Source: Elusimicrobiota bacterium
Lineage (GTDB): Bacteria > Elusimicrobiota > JBDRON01
Length of the DNA stretch: 64,000 nt
Reading direction: 5' to 3'
Assembly (NCBI GenBank): GCA_043810025.1
Contig: JBDRON010000019.1
Span: 1,204 to 65,203 of the forward strand
In this document: in pieces, positions 1 to 7,574 of the stretch
How positions within the stretch are numbered: position 1 is the stretch's first letter
How the letters are laid out: the number at the start of each line of letters is the position of its first letter
Position numbers and translations under genes: made by a program
Notes under the pieces: generated by a model
Seen by the model: the letters and a program-made list of their open reading frames with translations, nothing else
Databases searched by the model: none
What the model was told of the DNA's origin: nothing

Positions 1-5
1 CCACC

Positions 6-2957
6 ATGCGCGGCCTTGGGAAGGTAACCGACAAAATTGACAAAATTGTTTACGGCGCCAACAATCTGCCGAAAGAAGTTAGGATAACCAGCGCCGATTT
101 GGTTGGCAATACCTACCGCCAAAATCTCAGTAATCTTGTTTACAGCCCCAGTGTTGACCAGCCGCGGCTGACGAATCTGCAGATGTTTTCCCGTTTCAAG
201 GCCGGGGAGTCCGGAACTTACGGTTTCGATAAACTGTTCGCGGAGTTAAAAGACTTGCCGGAACCGCCCCACTATCAGGTCCGCGCTTTCCAGCTAAATG
301 TGGAGGACTGTCAGGGAAAAGAAACCAAAGTGGAATTTTCCGAACTGAGCTGGCGCCAAAACCAGATTACCGGATTTAAAGCCGAATTACAAACATCCGC
401 TGACTCTCCTTCTCCGATCTTAATGCAGGTAACCAGTTCCAACCAAAATATCGAAATCAGCGCTTGGAAAAACAATCAGCTGGTTCTGGACCGGGCGATT
501 CTGGGCAAAGATCTCCGCGGCAACGAGTTGATCGCAAAACTGCAGTTGGGAGTAAACCCGCTGGAGATTTTAGGGTCCAGCAAGCTCCAGCTGGGCGAGG
601 CGCAGTTAGTGTTTTTAGCTAAGAGCTATGATGCCAATGATGGAACTTTTCCCGGGGGGAAGAAATACAGTTTGGATTATGGCATAACCGCTAAAAAAAG
701 TGTGGAGAACGAGATAAAAATCCGTCTGGCGCAATGGGAGCAAATCTCTCCCCGGGTTACCCGCGGGATCATTGGCGGTTTAAACTTAAAAACCGCGCCG
801 CGGAAAATATTGGCCATGGTGGAAGGATTTGTCAGCAAGAAGATTACGGAAATTGTGGAAAGAAGTAATCAGTTGCCCCAATATGTCAAAGTAGAAAACG
901 ATTGGCAGTTAGAATGGAAACCAGTAAACGGTTTAAAGTTAAAAGTGGAAAACGGCCGGCTGTTCAGCGACGGTAAATTTGCCACTAAGGAAGGAGTAGT
1001 CAGTGAGGTAAACTTTGTTTTTCAGGGCTGGGATTTAAAAGCGATCAGCGGCCGCTACACGAAAAATGACGGACAGACCGTAATGCTCACCACCCCGAAA
1101 GCGGAAAAGATCAATAATCTGATCCGGTCGATCACGATGAAGCGGGAAGGCTGGTTTGGCCAGCTGAAAACATTAGTTGTTTCCGTCTGGAATAAAGTAG
1201 TCAGTTTATGGAATAGTTTTACCGGCCAGGGAACTCTCGCGCAAAAGGAAATTAAGTCGGAAAACAAGAAAGCGGAAGTCTGGCCCAGTTTAAAGATGGT
1301 CGTCCCAGAGCCCAGATATGATTTGGTGATTGCCGGAGAGAATGTTGGCCATGTTAAGTCTGGCGACCTAAGTTTAGCGCCGGATGGTAACGACGGAGAA
1401 TATCAATTATTGTCACCGATAAAGGTGGGCGAAGAAACTATTTTGCAGGCCGTAGTGAGAAAAGAAGAGACTAAAATAGTTTTCCAGACGGCAATCAAAG
1501 AAGCGGCAAATGGGGACAAAATTTACCTCAGCAAAGATGGCCAATTATTTAAGATCCGCGAGACGATCCACGAGGGAGAAGATCAAAAACAGGAAATAAT
1601 TTTAATTCGAGAAAATTTGCAAACGGAATTTAACCAAGGAGCGATTTTACAAGCCGGGATACTGAGTAGTATTTACCAGGGCAAAGAAGATGTTGGCCAA
1701 GAGACGAGTTTAAGTTTAACCGAAGGCGCAAAGCAGTTATACACCTTAAGCGTAAAAAATGAGGCGCTAAAAGCAGACTTAAAGAAAAATTTCCAGGAAG
1801 AAGATTACGACAAAATTTCGATCGGCATGGGCAAATTAGTCGAGAACAAGAGCGCGATCGATAAATTATCAGTCCAAGAAAAGGAAATTTATTCCCAAGC
1901 CGAAATCATCATTGCCAAAACGAACACTGGCTATGCCAAAGCGCTCAACCAAGTCGGGACGATGATTAGTCTCGGCGCCCAACCAGAAGAATTTAGCGGC
2001 CAGGAAAAGATCAAGCCGTCCGCCGGCAAATATTATCGCGAGGAGAAATCGGCAGCGATGGAAGGCTTAACTGAGGCTGCCGCGGGAACATTCTTATTAG
2101 CCAAATTCGGTTTAATCAGCCCGGCAACAAAAGAAGAACTCAAGTCTACCCAAGGTTCGATAATCATTGGAATCAGCAATCTGCAACCCGAAGCGAAAAC
2201 CTCCCAAATAGCGAAAGGAGCCTTAAAAGGCGATTTTATCGAAAAGCCAACCCTCTGGAACATCGCCGGCCAAATAACTGCCGGTTTATCCCCCGCCGGT
2301 TTCCTCGGCGACATCCGGGATGTTGGAGCTAACAGCAAAACAGTCTGGCAAAGCAAAGGAAGCGACGGCAAATTAGGGTTATCATTGGCCTTTGTCGGTT
2401 TTGTCCCCCTTTTCGGTGACACAGTAAAAACCTTAGTGAACACAACAAAGGCAGCAAAAGCATTAAGGAATGCGGAAAGAATTGGGGGAGCCGCTAAAAC
2501 AATGCTGAAGGAAGTAAACGCAGAGGCAAGAATAGCCAGGGTGGAAACGAAAATAATAAACAATGGAAGTGTTGCTATTAGAAGTTTAGTACGAGAAAGT
2601 CTACCAGTATTAAAAGGAAAGATTAAAAATGCATTTGAAAGTGGAGAATATACTATCAAGACTTTTAAAAAAGGAGATGTGATTTATCGATCTCCTTGGA
2701 TACCGAATGAGCTAGTAGAAAATCCCGGCAGATGGTTTGGTACCAGAAGAACAGTGACAACAGTTGGTACGGAAAGTCAGTATAATGTTTCTAAATGGGG
2801 GAATCCTCTTAAAAAGGTGAGAGTATATGAATTCAGTCAGGATGTTACTGTTTATTATGGAAAAGTCGCAGGGGGGAAAGGATATCAAGTTCTTTTACCT
2901 GATGATATAATGCCTAATAAATTATTAAAATTTAAAAATGAGCTTCCATTAAAATGA
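6..2957 (+). CDS. Polymorphic toxin-like protein (probably 5'-truncated by window edge) with pre-toxin TG-like segment and C-terminal toxin domain
   Basis: 983 aa ORF, frame open at window start; pre-toxin-like motif GFLGDIRD...LAFVGFVPLFGD; AT-rich C-terminal tip; small overlapping downstream gene. Confidence 0.6.
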   Translation: MRGLGKVTDKIDKIVYGANNLPKEVRITSADLVGNTYRQNLSNLVYSPSVDQPRLTNLQMFSRFKAGESGTYGFDKLFAELKDLPEPPHYQVRAFQLNVEDCQGKETKVEFSELSWRQNQITGFKAELQTSADSPSPILMQVTSSNQNIEISAWKNNQLVLDRAILGKDLRGNELIAKLQLGVNPLEILGSSKLQLGEAQLVFLAKSYDANDGTFPGGKKYSLDYGITAKKSVENEIKIRLAQWEQISPRVTRGIIGGLNLKTAPRKILAMVEGFVSKKITEIVERSNQLPQYVKVENDWQLEWKPVNGLKLKVENGRLFSDGKFATKEGVVSEVNFVFQGWDLKAISGRYTKNDGQTVMLTTPKAEKINNLIRSITMKREGWFGQLKTLVVSVWNKVVSLWNSFTGQGTLAQKEIKSENKKAEVWPSLKMVVPEPRYDLVIAGENVGHVKSGDLSLAPDGNDGEYQLLSPIKVGEETILQAVVRKEETKIVFQTAIKEAANGDKIYLSKDGQLFKIRETIHEGEDQKQEIILIRENLQTEFNQGAILQAGILSSIYQGKEDVGQETSLSLTEGAKQLYTLSVKNEALKADLKKNFQEEDYDKISIGMGKLVENKSAIDKLSVQEKEIYSQAEIIIAKTNTGYAKALNQVGTMISLGAQPEEFSGQEKIKPSAGKYYREEKSAAMEGLTEAAAGTFLLAKFGLISPATKEELKSTQGSIIIGISNLQPEAKTSQIAKGALKGDFIEKPTLWNIAGQITAGLSPAGFLGDIRDVGANSKTVWQSKGSDGKLGLSLAFVGFVPLFGDTVKTLVNTTKAAKALRNAERIGGAAKTMLKEVNAEARIARVETKIINNGSVAIRSLVRESLPVLKGKIKNAFESGEYTIKTFKKGDVIYRSPWIPNELVENPGRWFGTRRTVTTVGTESQYNVSKWGNPLKKVRVYEFSQDVTVYYGKVAGGKGYQVLLPDDIMPNKLLKFKNELPLK

Positions 2958-3259
2958 AAAAAAAATTAATTCAAATTATTAAAGAAATAATTAATTTACT
3001 GGTGGATTGTAATTGGCAAGACAAAGCAAATTGGTTCAAAGAAAAACTTGAGCAGATTGAACAATGTGATGAAAAATCTGATCAATATATCTCAATATTA
3101 GATGAAGTTCAAAACATTATAGCTGGTATGGGATCATTTACTGATTTGCCAATGACACCGGATAAAAAATCACGATTATCTGAAGAACAAGTGCATAAAA
3201 AACAGTGGGAATTGGCTAATGCGCTAGATGAAATAATAATTAAAATTAAGGGGAAATAA
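2954..3259 (+). CDS. Putative cognate immunity protein
   Basis: 101 aa, AT-rich, start overlaps the toxin stop (ATGA); GMGSFTDL motif. Confidence 0.6.
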   Translation: MKKKLIQIIKEIINLLVDCNWQDKANWFKEKLEQIEQCDEKSDQYISILDEVQNIIAGMGSFTDLPMTPDKKSRLSEEQVHKKQWELANALDEIIIKIKGK

Positions 3260-3389
3260 TACGTTTAATTTATCAGGCATATATCCTTGAGATGAAAAGA
3301 AATTTACAAGGTTCAATCAAAGGGTTACAATGTAATAAAATATCTGAGTTTGCAATTACAGGGAGCAATAAAAAGTTTGGAGGAAAAGC

Positions 3390-4346
3390 ATGGTTAAAAG
3401 AAGAATGAAGTTAGGTAAGGTGAAAGGAAAGATGACGAGAAAATTGTTTTTAGTGGTGATAGTTTTTAGTTGTATGATACTTGTTAATTTGTCAGCATCG
3501 GGAGTTTTCCATCCGGAAGCTTTAGTGGAACGTTACTATCAGAAAATGCAGGAGGAAGATTTAGTTTCGTTTGTTGATTATATGCATAGCGATGCACTCA
3601 CTAAGTTCAAAGCAATGTTACTCCCTATTTTAGAGGTGGGTGGTGACAATTCAGATATTTTTCAGTCTTTCGCACAAGGTGACAGTCTTATAGATATTCA
3701 ATCAAGTTCATCCAAAGATTTTTTTATCAAATTTTATAAATGGGTCATGCTCCTTTACCCGGAGATATTAGATGGTCTGCGTCAATCAACAATAAAACCA
3801 ATTGGTCATATCAGTGAGAAAATAGGGAAAGACGATATTGTACATGTTGTCTTGAGAATAACAACCAATGTAGATGGAATTAAGATATCTAAACTTTCTG
3901 TTGTAAGTCTGAAGAAGGATGGAAGTGAGTGGAAATTTTTGTTGACCGGTGAACTTGAAGGCATGGTACAGGCTCTGCAGCAACAAACACAAGCTAATCA
4001 CGATCAAGGGTTCGCTGATTTTAAAGAGCAAGAAGAAAAGAGTAAAGGATATTTGGGAACAATGCGTTCCGCAATATTACTCTATTACGTTAAGAATGAA
4101 GTTTACCCTCAAAATTTAGATGTATTAGTTCCCGGAATCATTGATGAAATTCCCAGTTTAAAACTTGGCCGAAGTTGGGCGGGCGAAAACAAAAACACAT
4201 TTATAATAGATCCCACAGCAAACACAAAAATAACCGCAGACGATATTGATAATTCCACCGCCTGGATTTATAATAATAAAAATGGTTCGATTGCTGTTAA
4301 TAACAGTGGCAAGGATTCAAGAGGAATATCTTATTCTGAATGGTAG
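3390..4346 (+). CDS. Exported hypothetical protein with C-terminal pseudopilin-G-like segment (start may be 3432)
   Basis: Signal peptide-like N-terminus; LGTMRSAILLYY...YPQNLDVLVP resembles the GspG/pilin globular region. Confidence 0.5.
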   Translation: MVKRRMKLGKVKGKMTRKLFLVVIVFSCMILVNLSASGVFHPEALVERYYQKMQEEDLVSFVDYMHSDALTKFKAMLLPILEVGGDNSDIFQSFAQGDSLIDIQSSSSKDFFIKFYKWVMLLYPEILDGLRQSTIKPIGHISEKIGKDDIVHVVLRITTNVDGIKISKLSVVSLKKDGSEWKFLLTGELEGMVQALQQQTQANHDQGFADFKEQEEKSKGYLGTMRSAILLYYVKNEVYPQNLDVLVPGIIDEIPSLKLGRSWAGENKNTFIIDPTANTKITADDIDNSTAWIYNNKNGSIAVNNSGKDSRGISYSEW

Positions 4347-4347
4347 A

Positions 4348-4371
4348 AATCGGGGTCAGGCTTAACTTTGT
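4348..4371 (+). repeat. 24-bp direct repeat, copy 1 (AATCGGGGTCAGGCTTAACTTTGT)
   Basis: 23/24 identical to 5556-5579. Confidence 0.9.
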
Positions 4372-4462
4372 TAACTTATTTGCCATAAAACTATTACTCA
4401 GATTGTGAATATACTTTTGGATAGTTTTAGGAAAATATCATTTTGTTTAGAGGAGTTGTGGT

Positions 4463-5524
4463 GTGATTGAAGTTGTTCAATATGGAAACCTTTTGACTGA
4501 AATAAAGGACCGCATACGAAAGGCACAGGTAAAGGCTGTTATTTCTGTCAACTCGGAAATGATTCTAATGTATTGGGATATTGGCAAGATAATTTATAAC
4601 AGACAGCAATTAGAAGGTTGGGGCGCTGGTGTTATTTCTCGATTATCCAATGATATCCACAATGAATTGCCCGAAATAAAAGGTTTTTCAGAGAGAAATA
4701 TCAAGTTTATGGTCCAGCTATACAAAGAATATGAATTAGCTATGTCAATTGGGAAACAGCCTGTTTCCCAATTAGATTTTAAGAAACAACTTGTTTCCCA
4801 AATCCCCTGGGGGCACAATATTTTGCTGATGCAAAAAATCAAAGATGAGTCTATGCGTTTTTGGTACATGGAGCAAACTATTCAAAATGGCTGGAGCCGT
4901 GATGTTTTGTGGTCGATGATTAAAAATGATTCCTTTAAACGACAGGGGAAATCAGTCACAAATTTTACTCTTACTTTGCCTAATGAGCAATCCAATTTGG
5001 CCATGCAGACACTGAAAGATCCTTATATATTTGATTTTTTGACCCTTGCCGAACCATTTCAAGAACGAGAACTGGAAACAGAACTGGTTAAACACTTGGA
5101 AAAATTTCTAATTGAAATGGGCGCCGGTTTTGCTTTTATGGGTAGACAATACCATCTGACTGTTAGCGATAAAGATTTTTATCTTGATCTGTTGTTCTAC
5201 CATATTAAACTTCGTTGTTTTTTGATTATTGAGTTAAAGAAAGGTGAGTTTAAACCGGAATACGCTGGAAAAATGAACTTCTACTGTTCGGCGGTGGATG
5301 ATCTCCTTAAGCGTCAAACTGACCAGCCTACTATCGGCTTGATCCTCTGTCAGACAAAAGATAAAATCTTTGCCGAGTATGCCTTGCGTGATATTCACAA
5401 ACCAATCGGCATTTCAGAATACGAACTTACTCGCGCTCTACCTGACAATCTAAAATCCAGCCTGCCTTCTGTAGAAGAGATTGAGGCGGAGTTGAGTGGA
5501 GAAAAAGAAGATAATGAAAAATAA
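4463..5524 (+). CDS. YhcG/DUF1016 PD-(D/E)XK nuclease family protein
   Basis: YWDIGK, GWGAGVI, KDPYIFDFL, GAGFAFMGRQ, DLLFYH...IIELK, FKPEYAGKMNFY motifs. Confidence 0.92.
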   Translation: MIEVVQYGNLLTEIKDRIRKAQVKAVISVNSEMILMYWDIGKIIYNRQQLEGWGAGVISRLSNDIHNELPEIKGFSERNIKFMVQLYKEYELAMSIGKQPVSQLDFKKQLVSQIPWGHNILLMQKIKDESMRFWYMEQTIQNGWSRDVLWSMIKNDSFKRQGKSVTNFTLTLPNEQSNLAMQTLKDPYIFDFLTLAEPFQERELETELVKHLEKFLIEMGAGFAFMGRQYHLTVSDKDFYLDLLFYHIKLRCFLIIELKKGEFKPEYAGKMNFYCSAVDDLLKRQTDQPTIGLILCQTKDKIFAEYALRDIHKPIGISEYELTRALPDNLKSSLPSVEEIEAELSGEKEDNEK

Positions 5525-5555
5525 GAATGGAAATTTTATAAAAACAAATGGGATC

Positions 5556-5579
5556 AATCGGGGTCAGGCTTCACTTTGT
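5556..5579 (+). repeat. 24-bp direct repeat, copy 2 (AATCGGGGTCAGGCTTCACTTTGT)
   Basis: Matches 4348-4371. Confidence 0.9.
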
Positions 5580-5584
5580 CAAAT

Positions 5585-5805
5585 TAGGGGACGGAGTTAG
5601 GTAATTAGGTTAGCAGAAAAAAATAAGAAAGTTGTAAAATTATGATATAACAAAACATAAGAGTTTGGAAAGTATTTTGGAACAACTAAACATTCAGTTA
5701 ACGAAGCCATAAGGGCAGCGCTTGGGTGTACAGGGGAAGGTAAAAAAGGGGTAATGTGTCTATATGTGTATCGGTGTTAACCTAATTACCTAACTCCGTC
5801 CCCTA
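5585..5805. mobile_element. MITE-like element with perfect 28-bp terminal inverted repeats
   Basis: TAGGGGACGGAGTTAGGTAATTAGGTTA (5585-5612) is the exact reverse complement of 5778-5805; no ORF of 60 aa or more inside. Confidence 0.7.
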
Positions 5806-5831
5806 GTTACTAGTTATAAGGGAGGTAAAAA

Positions 5832-7562
5832 ATGGAACAAGTAATTGACAGAATGGATGAAGAGTTTGGCAACGACCGCCGGGTGGAACCGCGGTATGCT
5901 TCGAACATCGCCGCTGATCTTTCTTTTGTGGATGATTATACGAAGGAAGAAGCAAAGGCTTGGGCTAAGGTGTCAAGCATTTCCCGTACCGGTGTATCTT
6001 TGGTCAGTGAACGGGCTATTCCGGCTGGAACTGATGTAAAATTGAGTTTAGGCGCTTCTAAAGATTATCCGGAGATTTTGGCTCAGGGTAAAATTGTTTG
6101 GGCCAGATGGCTGGAGAAACGAAAAGAAAGTTGTTATGGAGTGGTATTGTTAAAATTATCTGAACAGGATCAGGAGGCCTTTAGACATTTTTTTAAGGAA
6201 TTTACCGAGCTAGCGATGGTTGTGGAACGGAGAGTGGAGGAGAGAAGGGAAGCATTGGGAGATAATTCTTTCTTACAAGGGGAGAAAGAATTACTAGATA
6301 ATGAGGATAAAAAAATTGGTGTGGATAAAAGCCAGCGTAAATCCGGCCGAAGGAAGCAATTGGCGATTTTTAAAAAAATATATGATTATAATAATAGGTG
6401 GTGGGATAAACAGAAATCTCAAGGTTTATATTTTCTGATGCGTACAATTGAATCTCCATCAGCAGGTCACTGTATAGTTGAAGGACAAGAAAGAATAATG
6501 TTTTCTTCGAATAATTATTTAGGGTTAAGTACTCATCCCAAAGTTGTTGAAGCAGCAATTAACGCGATAAAAGAGTTTGGAACTTCATCCGGTGGACCTC
6601 GCTTATTAGGGGGAACAACAAAGTTACATCGCTTACTTGAAGACAAATTAGCCGAATTTAAAGGTACTGAGTCGGCAGCTGTTTTTAGTGCTGGCTTTTT
6701 AGCTAATTTAGCTTTGATTTCTCCGCTTTTAAAAAAAGATGATGTAGTAATAATCGATGAAAAGGACCATGCCAGTATTATTGATGGGTGTAAACTATCT
6801 GAAGCAATGATACGAGTATATGCGCATAATGATATGAAAGATTTGAAGAACAAGCTTAAATCATATGATTACAGAAAAAATAAATTAATTATTACAGATG
6901 CAGTTTTTAGCATGGATGGAGATTTTGCCAAGTTACCGGAAATATGTCAATTAGCTAAACGGTATAAAGTGGCGATAGCTGTAGATGAAGCCCATTCCTT
7001 TGGCATAGTTGGCGAGAACGGTCGAGGTGTATCAGAGCATTTTCAAGTAGAAAATCAAATAGACATTTTTGTAGGGACATTTAGTAAGGCTTTGGCTGGT
7101 GTAGGAGGGTTTATTGCGGGAAAAGAAGAATTAATTTCTTTTATCAAACATGTTTCTAAGCCTTTTTTATTTGCAGCTAGTTTTCCGCCTTCAGTTTGTG
7201 CTACAGTTATTGCGGCTTTAGAGGTAATTAAAGATGAACCTGAACGCCGTAAACAACTTTGTGAAAACGCTAGTTTTTTGAGAAAGGGATTGCAAGATAT
7301 TGGGTTTAATACTGGTTTAAGCGAATCCTACATTATTCCAATCATAATCGGGGATGAAAGTATCGTTAATCAAATTAACGGTTTTCTTTTTCAAAACAAT
7401 ATTATTGCAAGCACAGTCCATTATCCGGCTGTAAGATTGAACGGTGCTCGAGTAAGACTCAGTGTTAACGCTACCCATACTCGCGAAGATTTGGAAAAAA
7501 CTTTAGATGTCTTTAAAAAAGTCTATCAAAAATTTGGTCCATTTGAAGTAAAAGAAAGCTAG
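5832..7562 (+). CDS. PilZ domain fused to PLP-dependent alpha-oxoamine synthase (BioF/Kbl/SPT/CqsA family)
   Basis: N-terminal RRVEPR (RxxxR) and SISRTG PilZ-like motifs; C-terminal SNNYLGL, DHASIIDG, VFSMDGD, DEAH, GTFSKA (PLP lysine). Confidence 0.85.
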   Translation: MEQVIDRMDEEFGNDRRVEPRYASNIAADLSFVDDYTKEEAKAWAKVSSISRTGVSLVSERAIPAGTDVKLSLGASKDYPEILAQGKIVWARWLEKRKESCYGVVLLKLSEQDQEAFRHFFKEFTELAMVVERRVEERREALGDNSFLQGEKELLDNEDKKIGVDKSQRKSGRRKQLAIFKKIYDYNNRWWDKQKSQGLYFLMRTIESPSAGHCIVEGQERIMFSSNNYLGLSTHPKVVEAAINAIKEFGTSSGGPRLLGGTTKLHRLLEDKLAEFKGTESAAVFSAGFLANLALISPLLKKDDVVIIDEKDHASIIDGCKLSEAMIRVYAHNDMKDLKNKLKSYDYRKNKLIITDAVFSMDGDFAKLPEICQLAKRYKVAIAVDEAHSFGIVGENGRGVSEHFQVENQIDIFVGTFSKALAGVGGFIAGKEELISFIKHVSKPFLFAASFPPSVCATVIAALEVIKDEPERRKQLCENASFLRKGLQDIGFNTGLSESYIIPIIIGDESIVNQINGFLFQNNIIASTVHYPAVRLNGARVRLSVNATHTREDLEKTLDVFKKVYQKFGPFEVKES

Positions 7563-7574
7563 GAAAAATAATTT

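Noticed and set aside
2033-2659. 208-aa minus-strand ORF and the many other short antisense ORFs in the track
   Set aside because: They lie opposite well-supported genes and show no motifs; treated as shadow ORFs.
5832-7562. Plain bioF call
   Set aside because: The PilZ fusion and absence of other biotin genes make a specific symbol unsupported.
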